The notes below the pieces were generated by a model that saw nothing but the letters and a program-made list of their open reading frames with translations, was not told the origin of the DNA and did no database searches. Source: an uncultured Chloroflexia bacterium (GTDB taxonomy: Bacteria > Chloroflexota > Limnocylindria > Limnocylindrales > CSP1-4). Taken from it: DNA of 64,000 bases. Where the stretch lies: positions 1 through 64,000 of the forward strand of contig CAWEYL010000006.1 of NCBI GenBank assembly GCA_963813335.1, in the 5' to 3' direction. This document shows positions 30,431-40,216 of the stretch, piece after piece. Position numbers and translations under genes: made by a program. The number at the start of each line of letters is the position of its first letter. Position 1 is the first letter of the stretch.

Positions 30431-33400
30431 CTAGCGCGGCGCCCGCTCGGTCAGGCCGAGCCGGATCGCCACCGCGGCTGCCTCCACGCGGCCCGACACC
30501 TCGAGCTTCGACAGGATGTTCCCGACGTGGACGCCGACCGTCTTCTGGCTGATGAAGAGGCGCTCCCCGATCTCGCGGTTGGTGCGGCCCTGCGCGACGA
30601 GCGCGAGGACCTCCCGCTCCCGCCCGCTCAGCCCGAAGGTGTCCGGGCGTCTCGTGGTCGGGGCCGGGTCGCCGGCGATCGTCCGGACCAGCGCGGACCG
30701 GCCGTTCCCGTCGTGCGACCCGCCCGCGTCGACCGGGACGAGGACCGCCGCGGCTCCGCCCCCTTCCCCACCCGGGCGCAGCATCGCCGCCACCTCGTCC
30801 GGAAGCTCGATCCGCGCCCGGCCGGCCAGCTCCTCCAGGTCGCGAACGAGCGGCCGCGCGCCGAGGGCCACGGCCAGCCGCACGGATTCGAGCAGGGGCC
30901 GGCGGGCCGCCGCGCGACCGGATCGGGCACCGTCGGAGGCGAGCAGCGCCTCGGCCTGGCGCCAGAGAGCCAGCGCTTCCTCGTACGGCGCGTCGAGGTC
31001 GGCCCACCGGCGGGCGACCTTCGCCCAGACCGCCGCGTCGTCGTCGCCTTCGAGCCGCCGCTGGTACCCGCGCGCTGTCGCGAGGTACGCCTCGGCGATG
31101 CGCCGCGAGCCGGTGGTCGTCGGCGCACCGGACGCCTCGACCAACCCGGTCGCCACGGCCAGGACCTCCGCGGTCCGCGACCGCGCGGCGGCCAGCGGCG
31201 CGAGCTGCCGGCGCTCGTGCGCCTCGGCGCCTGCCGCGGCGTCGACGCGGGCGACCATCGCGGTCATCCGCGCGGCGAGGACCCACTCCTCGGAGGTCCG
31301 GACCAGGGCCCAGCCGCGCTCCACCGACCGTCCGGCGTCCGCGACGTCGCCACGCCACAACGCGTACGAGGCCGCCGCCAGGTAGTACGGCGCGGCCAGC
31401 TGCGGCTCGCGCAGGGCATCGAACTCGAGCACGGTCTGGCCGAGCAGCCGCCCGGCGCGCGCGCCGGATTCGGTCTCGATCTCGATGGTCGGCCAGCTGG
31501 ACGATGCCCATCAGGAAGGCGACCCCGGTCGGCCGCCAGGCCAGCGCCCGGGCGCTCAGCCGGCGCGCCTCCGGCCAGCGGCCCAGCAGGACCAGCGACT
31601 CCATGACGTTGCCCGCCAGGAAGTTGCCGTAGACCGCCTCGAGGCCCGCCTGCCGGGCGTCCTCGATGCCGCGGTAGGCGACCTCGACCGCCTCGGCCCG
31701 ACGGCCGACGAGGTCCAGCACGGTGGTCAGGTTGGCCGTCACCCGGAAGAGCGCGTCGGGGTCGTCGACCTCCCGGGCGGCGGTCTCGGCCTCGCGCAGG
31801 AGCTCGATCGCGGCGTTCGGGTCGCGTCCCCAGGCGAGCGCGACGGCGAGCGTGGTCGTGGCGTGGATCTCCTGGTCGCGGGCGGCTGGCCCGCAGGCGC
31901 GCGCGACCCTGATGGCGTCGCGCGCGAGCCGCTGGGCGTCGGAGAACAATCCGTCCAGCATCGACATCTGCGCGAACGAGGCGAGGACCGTCGCCCGCTC
32001 CGGGGTCGCGTCGCGCGGGATCAGCTCCACGGCGCGGCGAGCGGCGGCGCGCGCGCCCACCGCATCGCCGGCCGCCCGGCGGACCAGGCCCAGCCGCTCG
32101 TAGAGGAGGCCGATGCGGACGCGGTCGCGGCGGGCATCGAGCGCGCCGATCGCCGCTTCCAGGTATGCCGTCGCGCGTGAGGTCCGCCCGATGGCGAAGG
32201 CGGCCTCGGCCGCCCGCTCCTGGAGGTCGGCCCGGTCCGAGCTGCGCACGTCGACGCGGCGCCGCGATCCAGCACCCACGGTCCCGGCCCGGTCGCTGAG
32301 CGACAGCGCCAGCTCGAGGGCGTCCAGCTCGTCCGCGGCCGCGTGGCGGGCCGCGGCGAGATCCGCCGCCTCGATCGCGGACCGTCGGGCGGCCGGCGCG
32401 TCGTGCGCCTCGAGCCAGTGCCGGGCGGCCGCCGCGGGCACATCGGCCAGGGCCGCGGCCAGTGACGCGTGATGCCGGGTCCGCGCCAGCGGCAGCAGGT
32501 CCCGTTCGACCGCCGTGCCGATCAGCTCGTGCCGGAACCCCACCGCGCCGTCGCGCTCCACGAGGAACCCGTGCTCGACCGCTTCCGCCAGTCCGGCCGT
32601 GACGTCGGCGTCCAGGATCCCGTCGCCGCGCCGCGGCGAGCTGCTCGAGCGCGGCGCCGGGCGCGACGTGTCGATCTCGAAATCGGCGGCGATCCGGGCC
32701 AGCCGCGCCGGGTCCACCAGCCGCCCGGCCGGGGCCAGCAGGCGCAGCACCCGCCGGCACTCGACGGAGCGGACGGCCAGCCGCCCGACGACCAGCTCGT
32801 CGAGCGAGCCCGACAGGGAGGCGGTCGGCAGCTCGCGCCGGGCGGCCAGCAGCTCCTCGGCCACGAGCGGGCTCCCGCCGGACCGTTCGGCGACCAGCAG
32901 CAACAGGCTCGCCGACGTGCGCTCGCCCTCGATGCCTTCGATCAGCGCGGCCAGCTCCGCGCGGTCGAGCCGCGGCATCGACAGCCGCTCGAGCGGGTGC
33001 GGTGCGTCGGTGATGGTCGCCACCGCGGCGACCCACGGGTCGTCGTGCGGGATGATGTCCGGCTGGTCGGAGGCGACCAGCACGAGCCGCTGGTCCGCGG
33101 CGATCCGGGCGAGGAACGTGACCAGGCTGCGGGTCGCGGCATCGGCGCGGTGGAGGTCCTCGAGGATCAGCACCACCGGTCGCCGCTCGCCGAGCCGGCC
33201 AAGCATCCCGAGTACGCCCTCCATGGTCCGTGCCTGACGGCGTTCTGGCGCCCCCGGGCGGATCCCGTCGAACGACCAGCCACGCCGCTCGAGGTGGGCC
33301 CGCAGCGGCGGGAGCAGCCGCGCGACCTCCACTGCCGCCGGTCCGAGCACCGCATCGAGGTCGTCGTCCGGGAGCGCGGCCAGCACCGGCCCGATGGCCC

Positions 33401-33650
33401 GGACCAGCGGCCCGTACGGCTCGTCGGTGCCGGCGGGCATCGCACCACCGCGGAGGACGGTCATCGGCTCGCTCAACGCGGCGATCCGGCCGGTCGCCTC
33501 GTCGAAGAAGCGGCTGATGCCCACACCCGCGGGGCCGCTGACCAGCATCGCCCGGGCGCGGCCATGGGCCGCATCGTCGAGCACGGCCGCGAGCCGCGCG
33601 AAGGCGTCCTCGCGTCCGACGTACCGCGCGCTCACGTATCGGCCGGGCAT
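30431..33650 (-). CDS. Large ATP-binding LuxR-family (LAL/MalT-like) regulator, apparent frameshift near 31490
   Basis: YVGRE, SGPAGVGISR (degenerate Walker A), LILEDLHRAD, TPR-like helices; C-terminal LSGREREVLALVAQGRTNREIGERLFIS in ORF 30431-31432. Confidence 0.88.
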
Positions 33651-33730
33651 GGGCCATTCTATGCCGGCCCCTGCACGCCAACGGACGGCCGTCGCACGCG
33701 GCGGGCGGGCCTGCCCTACGCTGCCCCACG

Positions 33731-34663
33731 ATGACCGACGGCCGACCCGCCCCCCACCCGGACAACACGCTCAACGAGCTGACCGGCGAGGAGTGGCTCT
33801 ACTTCACCAAGTCGGTCCTGACCACGGCGTACCCGTCGGAGCTCGGCCATGCGGCACGGCGGGCCCACGGCGCGAACAAGCCGCCGCGGCTGATGGCCCG
33901 GCTGATCGAGTTCTTCACGCGGACCGGCGAGCTCGTCCTGGACCCGTTCGCCGGCGTCGGCGGGACGCTCCTCGGCGCGGCCATCGCGCGCGGGCCGCGG
34001 CGCGCGATCGGGATCGAGCTGGAGCCGCGCTGGGTCGAGGTCTACGAGGCCGTCGCGCGCGACCTCAGCGCCGAGCGCCAGGGGGCCGGCCCGCAGATCG
34101 CCGACCTCGGGCCGACCGATCCGGGCGGCCCGCGCGGCTTCGACCCATCCGGCTGCGAGCTCCGGCTCGGCGACGCGCTGGCACTGCTGCCGTCGTTCCC
34201 CGATGACTCCGTCGACTTCGTCGCGACCGACCCGCCGTACAACGTCCAGCTGCCGCTGACCATGGCCGGCGGCAAGCTGGCGGAAGCGCACGCGAACCGG
34301 CGGACCGACTACGCGATGGTCACCGACTCAGCGGCGGACCTCGCCAACGCCCCGGACTACGCGACCTTCCTCGACCGGATGGGCGACGCCTTCGCCGAGA
34401 TCGAGCGGGTGCTGCGGCCCGGCCGCTACGCGGTGTTCATCGTCCGCGACGCGTACCAGGGCGGACGCTACCTGTTCACGGCGGCGGACCTCGCGGCTCG
34501 CGCGGCGGCCACCGGGCTGGTGCCCAAGGGCGACCTGATCTGGTACCAGGCGGGGACCCGCCTACGGCCGTACGGCTACCCGCGGGCGTTCGTCCCGAAC
34601 ATCGCGCACCAGCACATCATCGTGCTGCGCAAGGACCCGGAGCGGCGTCAGACGGCTCGCTGA
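33731..34663 (+). CDS. DNA N4/N6 methyltransferase (orphan)
   Basis: Motif I VLDPFAGVGGT, catalytic motif TDPPY, RVLRPGRY. Confidence 0.82.
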   Translation: MTDGRPAPHPDNTLNELTGEEWLYFTKSVLTTAYPSELGHAARRAHGANKPPRLMARLIEFFTRTGELVLDPFAGVGGTLLGAAIARGPRRAIGIELEPRWVEVYEAVARDLSAERQGAGPQIADLGPTDPGGPRGFDPSGCELRLGDALALLPSFPDDSVDFVATDPPYNVQLPLTMAGGKLAEAHANRRTDYAMVTDSAADLANAPDYATFLDRMGDAFAEIERVLRPGRYAVFIVRDAYQGGRYLFTAADLAARAAATGLVPKGDLIWYQAGTRLRPYGYPRAFVPNIAHQHIIVLRKDPERRQTAR

Positions 34664-36210
34664 CGCGCGGCGAGGTAGGCGGCCAGGACGTCGTCGTCGA
34701 TGTCGCTGTCGGACTCGCCCATCGTCCACGTGTCGGCGGAGACCGGCAGGCTGGCGGTCGGGGATTCCACGACGGCCGGCGCCGGGCCGACGACGTCCCC
34801 GAGGGTCATCTTGTGGATCCAGCCGCGGCCGCCGTTGGGGGCCTGGACGAGACAGTAGACGCCCTGCCGCTCCATGACCACGACCTCGTCGCCGGTGCCG
34901 AGGACGCCGATCTCGTTGGCGCGCAGCTCGTCGGGGGCGTCCAGGAGGCGGACCACGGTGTAGCGGACGAAGCGACGCTCCTGGCCGGCCATGGCCAGGC
35001 CGTCGTCGAAGCGCAGCCGTGGCGCGTCGTCGGCCTCCCGCAGCGGGTCGGCCTTGCGGGCCAGCATCAGCGACGGCCGGCGCCAGCGTGGGAGGAGCGA
35101 TTCCATCTCGGGGGTCAGGTCGTCACCGACGAGGTCCAGGTCCTCCGCCTCGCCGTCCGCCGCACCGGCCGCGCCGTCGGCACCGATCCCGATGCCCCGC
35201 GACGCGAGATCGGCGAGCTCGTCGTCGGTCCCGGGCTGCTGCTCGTCGCGGCGCTTGCGGCCGAACAGCCCCAGCGCCATGGACGCCGTGGCGACACCGG
35301 TGGTCGTGACCAGGGTCGGGGCGAGCGGGAGGATCGGCAGGTGCGGCGGGAGCCCGATGAAGGTCAGGACGGCCGCCATGGGGCCCCACGCGGTCGGGTC
35401 GGCCGGGTGGCCCCCGGTCGGGCGCGGCCCGCTGGGCGGATCGGGCTGGCCGCCCGTGCCGTCGCCGGGCGTGTCCGTGCCGCTGCCCGGCGGGACGAGG
35501 GCGATCGCGTCCGGGGACGCGCTCGGGGCGGGCGTCGCCGTGGGGAAGACGAGGATCCAGGGCGGCGGCGTGCCGTCGGGCGTCGAGCCGCCGTCCGCCA
35601 TCCCCCCGACGACCGTCGGGACCACCACGCCGCCGGCCACCGGCGTCGCGGTCGGCGACGGCTTGACCAGCTGGGGCGCCACGACGGGCGCCGGATCCGG
35701 GCGGTGCGTGGCGGTCGGCGGCCGGGACGTCGGCTTCGGCCTGGGCTTGGGCGTCGGCTTCGGGCTCGGCGTCGGCTTCGGGCTCGGCTTGGCCGGCACC
35801 GCGACGACGATCGTGCCCGCGGGCAGGCTGACCAGCACGTTCCGGTCGCTGCGCGCCTCGAAGGCCACGGCATGGCTGCCGATCGGCAGGAGACCCGACC
35901 AGCGGTAGGTGATGCCGTCGCTCCAGTCGCGATCGCCGTTGCGCGACATCCAGTGGGTCGTGCCGTCGATGCGTACGCGGACCCAGTCCGGCACCCAGTG
36001 GCGGCCAGACGAACCGTCGGTGTAGGTCACCCGGAGGCCGAAGGTCGTCGAGGGGCTGCCGGTGCGCGGGTCCACGACCGGATCGCTGAGCGCCGGGCCG
36101 GCCGCGGCGACCGGTCCGGCCACCAGCGCGAGCAGCCACAGGGCAGCGCTGACCGCCACGATCGGGGCGGACGCTCGTGTGGTGACCCGCGGTCGATGCG
36201 CGACGCGCAC
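34648..36210 (-). CDS. Secreted/membrane protein with Pro-rich linker and C-terminal SH3-like domain
   Basis: Signal peptide, KP(T/S)P repeats, TM segment followed by GRKRR, and GDEVVV...GRGWIH. Confidence 0.6.
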   Translation of the reverse strand: MRVAHRPRVTTRASAPIVAVSAALWLLALVAGPVAAAGPALSDPVVDPRTGSPSTTFGLRVTYTDGSSGRHWVPDWVRVRIDGTTHWMSRNGDRDWSDGITYRWSGLLPIGSHAVAFEARSDRNVLVSLPAGTIVVAVPAKPSPKPTPSPKPTPKPRPKPTSRPPTATHRPDPAPVVAPQLVKPSPTATPVAGGVVVPTVVGGMADGGSTPDGTPPPWILVFPTATPAPSASPDAIALVPPGSGTDTPGDGTGGQPDPPSGPRPTGGHPADPTAWGPMAAVLTFIGLPPHLPILPLAPTLVTTTGVATASMALGLFGRKRRDEQQPGTDDELADLASRGIGIGADGAAGAADGEAEDLDLVGDDLTPEMESLLPRWRRPSLMLARKADPLREADDAPRLRFDDGLAMAGQERRFVRYTVVRLLDAPDELRANEIGVLGTGDEVVVMERQGVYCLVQAPNGGRGWIHKMTLGDVVGPAPAVVESPTASLPVSADTWTMGESDSDIDDDVLAAYLAARQRAV

Positions 36211-36407
36211 GCTGGCATTGCCTCCTGCAGCCTCGGGCAGTCTTCGGTGCCCGTGCGAGGATGGCTTCGTGCAGGGGGGTCCGACAATGGTACGGGGGTC
36301 ACGCAGCGCACGGGACCACCGGCGGTCGGGACCGGACCGGTAAGGTCCGTGGCGGTCTGGTGTGGCGAGTGGTCCGACCGGCCGGCCGTCGGTAGCCCGG
36401 AGAGGCC

Positions 36408-37124
36408 ATGGGCATCCGCCGCCGGACGGCGCACCATCCGCGAATGCAGCTGACGACGATGGGGATGGAGGATCGACGAAGAGGCGGATCGGTCGTCACC
36501 GGGACGATCGAGGGGGCGATCCTCGCCCTCGGAGGCCTGCTCGTCGCCTACGTCGCCATCCGCACCCCGTTCCTCGCGCTGCTGACGCATGCCCTGCGCC
36601 CCGGGGCGACCCCGCCGGATGGGACCCTCACCATCGTGGTGCTGATGGTCGTGCCGATCGCCTTCGTGGCCGTCGGGACCGACCGGCTGGCGCGGGTCGT
36701 GGCGGCCATCCGGGACCGCCATCGCCGGCGCGACTGGGTCGGGCTGCTGCCGGCCGGGATCGTGGCGTCGCGGACCGTGGACCTGGGTGACGGCCGTCCG
36801 GCCCCGACCCTCGTCGCCGGTCCCTACGGCCTCGCCGTCGTCCGCGAGGTCGACATCGCGACGGCCGAGGACGTGGAGCTCGCGACGCGCGACACGGACC
36901 GGATCCGCCGCTGGCTGACGCGCCACGAACAGGACTTCGTCGTCCGCCTCTACACCGCGGTCGCCGCGCCGGAGCATGACCTCGTGCGCACGCCGGCGTG
37001 CGCGCTCGTCACCCCGGAGCAGCTGCCGTCATGGCTGGCCATGCTGCCGAACCAGCGCAGCCTGACGTCGAGCCGACGCGACCGGCTCGCCCGGATGCTC
37101 GGGGCGGCCGACGCGGACTGGTAG
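36408..37124 (+). CDS. Hypothetical membrane protein (two TM, possible degenerate NERD-like domain)
   Basis: Two hydrophobic segments then LVAGPYGLAVVRE; start uncertain. Confidence 0.55.
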   Translation: MGIRRRTAHHPRMQLTTMGMEDRRRGGSVVTGTIEGAILALGGLLVAYVAIRTPFLALLTHALRPGATPPDGTLTIVVLMVVPIAFVAVGTDRLARVVAAIRDRHRRRDWVGLLPAGIVASRTVDLGDGRPAPTLVAGPYGLAVVREVDIATAEDVELATRDTDRIRRWLTRHEQDFVVRLYTAVAAPEHDLVRTPACALVTPEQLPSWLAMLPNQRSLTSSRRDRLARMLGAADADW

Positions 37125-37195
37125 GGGAGCCAGGACTCGAACCTGGAACCAGCGGGATATAAGCCCGCCGCTCTGACCGATTGAGCTACTCCCCC
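37119..37195 (-). tRNA. tRNA-Ile(UAU)
   Basis: GGGGGAG-TA-GCTC-AATCGGTCA-GAGC-G-GCGGG-CTTATAT-CCCGC-TGGTT-CCAGG-TTCGAGT-CCTGG-CTCCCCT-A-CCA; anticodon TAT at 37161-37159. Confidence 0.9.
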
Positions 37196-37244
37196 GCCGC
37201 GATGCTACACCCGTCGACCAGGTGATCCGGCGACAGGCCGAGCC

Positions 37245-37544
37245 TCAGTTGCTCCCGCCGAGCAGGCGTCCGGCGATCGCCCGCAGGCTGAAGGGCCGCG
37301 GCTGGAGGCCGTCGCTGCCGTTGGTCCCACCGTCGAGCGCCAGGGCGTGCGACCCGGTGGTCCCGTAGGCGCGTGCCGGGAGCGACGACGCGTAGCGGTG
37401 CTCCTCGGGGGTCTGGTCCATCTCGAGCGGCAGCTCGTCGGGGTCGAAGGGCCGCGGCGTCAGATCGACCGGCGCAGCCGGGCGCGCATACGCAGGAGCC
37501 CCGTAGAGCTTCGGCAGCGCGACATGCTGTTCGTCGATGGACAA
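37245..37544 (-). CDS. Hypothetical protein (99 aa)
   Basis: TTG start after GAGGT; host-like codon usage. Confidence 0.6.
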   Translation of the reverse strand: MSIDEQHVALPKLYGAPAYARPAAPVDLTPRPFDPDELPLEMDQTPEEHRYASSLPARAYGTTGSHALALDGGTNGSDGLQPRPFSLRAIAGRLLGGSN

Positions 37545-37679
37545 CGCGGGACCTCGATCTGGGCGGCGAGGCGTCGGTCGGGGCCGACCCTATCCGATGA
37601 TAGCGTCGGAAGATACCGGAGCATAGTACCGATGGGCGTCCGTTCCCGTGCGCGGACGGGCATGACCCGGTGCGTCCGG

Positions 37680-38093
37680 TCAACCCATGATCGGGCGGAT
37701 CACCTGCACCGCGACGACCATCACCAGCCAGGCGATGGGCACGGCTGCGAAGAAGCCCAGCGCCGCGCTCCAGCCGCTCCGGCGGACGACCGTCCCTGAG
37801 CCCGTCGGCTGGGGGACGATGAGGTACGTGACGACGCTGCCGATCAGCAGCACGAGGATCGCGTACAGCGCCAGGCCGAGGAGGCGCAGGTCGCCGCCCG
37901 GCAGCACGACACCCCGGCTCAGCGCGACGTCGTAGGCGACGTACAGGACGGCCAGGACGACCGCCACGATCAGGCTGGACGCGACGGCGCGGACGATCGG
38001 CCGGGGCGCGTTGCGGAACTGGCGCCAGCGGACCTCGGCCCACGAGCGCTGGCGGACCGGGCCGGCCGGGGGGACGGGTCGTTCGGCCGTCAT
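37680..38093 (-). CDS. Hypothetical membrane protein (3 TM)
   Basis: Three hydrophobic helices; abuts the upstream gene. Confidence 0.65.
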   Translation of the reverse strand: MTAERPVPPAGPVRQRSWAEVRWRQFRNAPRPIVRAVASSLIVAVVLAVLYVAYDVALSRGVVLPGGDLRLLGLALYAILVLLIGSVVTYLIVPQPTGSGTVVRRSGWSAALGFFAAVPIAWLVMVVAVQVIRPIMG

Positions 38094-38094
38094 C

Positions 38095-39330
38095 TCAGTC
38101 GTTGCCCAGGATCGTGAGCGTCCGGCGGGGCGGGATGGTCTCCGGCGTGTGGGCCGCCAGCAGCGCGACCCCCTCGGCGAAGCGGTCCAGCTCCTCGTCG
38201 GACGTGAAGAAGCCGACGCTGATCCGAAGCGCGTCGAGGCTGTCGATGGTGCGGGCGATGGCGAAGACGCGACTGCCCAGCTCGGCGAGCGCGGCCGCGG
38301 CGGGCCAGCCGGCGATCCGGAAGGTGACCAGCGTGGCCATCTGGTGCATCGGCGTCAGGACCGTCACGCCGGGGATCGCCGCGAGGCGATCGGCCGCGCC
38401 GCGGGCCGTCGCCTGCCCGCGCGCGTGGATCCAGTCGAGCCCCACGAACATCGACAGCCACGAGATGGCCCGCGCCATCCCGAGCACCGACGGGCGGTGC
38501 ATGCCCGACCACTCGAAGCGGCGCGCGTTCGGGTGGAAGACCGCCGTGCCGTCGGCCGCGTGCTGCTCGAAGCTGAAGTGGCCGGCCAGGGCGGGCGTGA
38601 GACGCTCGACGAGCCACGGGCGGACCGCCAGCGCGCCCATGCCCTCGGGTCCGAGCAGCCACTTCTGGGCCGCGACCGCGTAGGCGTCGGCGCCGGTCGC
38701 CTCGAGGTCGGTGCGGATCGCGCCGGCGCTCTGCGCGCCGTCGACGACGAGGATCGCCTCGTGGTCGTGGGCCAGCTCGGCGATCCGGGCGATCGGCAGG
38801 ACCGCGCCGGTCGTCCACAGGACATGCGAGGCAAGGACCAGGCGGGTCTTCGGGGTGATGGCCGCCTCGATGGCGGACAGGGTCCGGGCGTCGTCGCCGC
38901 CGTCGCCGATGTCCACGATGTCGGCCCCGACGCCGACCGCCCGGGCGGCATAGACCGGACCGAGGACGCCGATGTGCTCGGCGTTCGTGGTGACGATGTG
39001 GTCGCCGATGCCGAGGCCGAGGGCCAGGACGACCGCGTTGATGCCGTCGGTCGTGGAGTGGGTCAACGCGATCGCCGCTGGATCCGTGGTCAGCAGGGCA
39101 GCCACCGCGGCCCGTGCCTCGGCCAGCCGCTCCTGGAACTCGAGCCAGTCGTCCATGTGTCCGCGGCCCTGGGCGAGCTCGCGCGCGGACGCATCGGCCA
39201 TCGCGGCCGCGACCTCGACGGGGAGCGGCCCGACCGAGCCGGTATTGAGGTAGATGCCCGCGGCGAGGGCCGGCAGCGCTGCGCGAACAGCCGCCAGTCG
39301 CTCCGGGTCGGGCATGAACGGGGCGACCAC
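38095..39330 (-). CDS. Class V PLP-dependent enzyme (cystine lyase/EgtE/CefD-like)
   Basis: YLNTGSVGP, THSTTDG, VDGAQSAG, AQKWLLGPEG; no NifS/SufS catalytic Cys loop. Confidence 0.85.
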   Translation of the reverse strand: MVAPFMPDPERLAAVRAALPALAAGIYLNTGSVGPLPVEVAAAMADASARELAQGRGHMDDWLEFQERLAEARAAVAALLTTDPAAIALTHSTTDGINAVVLALGLGIGDHIVTTNAEHIGVLGPVYAARAVGVGADIVDIGDGGDDARTLSAIEAAITPKTRLVLASHVLWTTGAVLPIARIAELAHDHEAILVVDGAQSAGAIRTDLEATGADAYAVAAQKWLLGPEGMGALAVRPWLVERLTPALAGHFSFEQHAADGTAVFHPNARRFEWSGMHRPSVLGMARAISWLSMFVGLDWIHARGQATARGAADRLAAIPGVTVLTPMHQMATLVTFRIAGWPAAAALAELGSRVFAIARTIDSLDALRISVGFFTSDEELDRFAEGVALLAAHTPETIPPRRTLTILGND

Positions 39331-39335
39331 GGCCG

Positions 39336-39342
39336 TATCATA
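39336..39342. promoter_or_regulatory. Overlapping divergent -10 elements
   Basis: TATCAT (+, 39336-41) lies 7 nt before ATG 39349; TATGAT (-, 39342-37) lies 6 nt before GTG 39330. Confidence 0.6.
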
Positions 39343-39348
39343 TCGGCG

Positions 39349-40194
39349 ATGAGCGGCCTCGCCCGTCCCGAGCATCTCGCCACGACGGACTGGCTCGCAG
39401 AGCAGCTGGGCCGCCCCGGTATCCGCGTGGTCGACGCGCGCTGGCGGCCGGACGGCAACGCCCCCGCCGTCTACGCCAGCGGCCACGTCCCGGGTGCGGT
39501 CCCGATCGACTGGCGGGTCGACCTGAGCGACGACCAGCCGGAGGGCGAGGCGATCCTGCTCGCCGGACCGGACCGGATGGCCGCCCTCGCGGCACGGCTC
39601 GGGATCGCGAACGGCACGACCGTGGTCGTCTACGACGATACCCAGGGCCTGTACGCGGCCCGCGTCTGGTGGAGCCTGCTCGCCTACGGGCACGGCTCCG
39701 TGCGCATCCTCGACGGCGGCTACCCGGCCTGGGTCGGCGGCGACAACCCCGTCTCGAATGCCCAGGTCCAGGTGCCGGCGGGCCCCGGCTTCGACCTGCG
39801 GGGACCGGGCCGGATCCGACTGACCACCGCCGACGTCCGCGGGCTCCTCGGCTCCCCGGACGTCCTGCTCCTCGACGCCCGGCCCGCGGCGGACTACAAG
39901 GGCTTCGAGGGCAACACCAAGCGCCTGGGCCACATCCCCGGGGCGCTCAACGTGCCGGTGGGGGCGATGAGCCGGCCGGGCGAGCAGCGGCTCCGCGACG
40001 GCGCCGACCTGCGCCGCCAGCTCCACGCCGCGAACGTGAGCCGCGGGCGCCGGATGGTCTGCTACGACGGCTCCGGGGTCGCGGCCGCGAAGCTCGCCTG
40101 GATCCTGACGCTCCTCGGCCACGAGGACGTCGCCGTCTACGACGGCGGCTGGGCCGAATGGGGCGACCGGCTCGACCTGCCGGTCGATCGGTAG
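39349..40194 (+). CDS. Two-domain sulfurtransferase (rhodanese/SseA-like)
   Basis: GHVPGA, AARVWW, LDGG, GHIPGA, VYDGGWAEW; active loop reads CYDGSGV. Confidence 0.85.
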   Translation: MSGLARPEHLATTDWLAEQLGRPGIRVVDARWRPDGNAPAVYASGHVPGAVPIDWRVDLSDDQPEGEAILLAGPDRMAALAARLGIANGTTVVVYDDTQGLYAARVWWSLLAYGHGSVRILDGGYPAWVGGDNPVSNAQVQVPAGPGFDLRGPGRIRLTTADVRGLLGSPDVLLLDARPAADYKGFEGNTKRLGHIPGALNVPVGAMSRPGEQRLRDGADLRRQLHAANVSRGRRMVCYDGSGVAAAKLAWILTLLGHEDVAVYDGGWAEWGDRLDLPVDR

Positions 40195-40216
40195 GGCGGG
40201 TCGGGGCCCGCAGGCC

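Noticed and set aside
35731-35790. Tandem 12-18 bp repeats as a CRISPR array or VNTR
   Set aside because: They encode a KP(T/S)P linker inside a CDS and have no unique spacers. No CRISPR array or cas genes were seen in the window.
37119-37195. tRNA as the integration site of the element
   Set aside because: No duplicated tRNA 3' end was found; the att repeats map inside alaX about 8 kb away.
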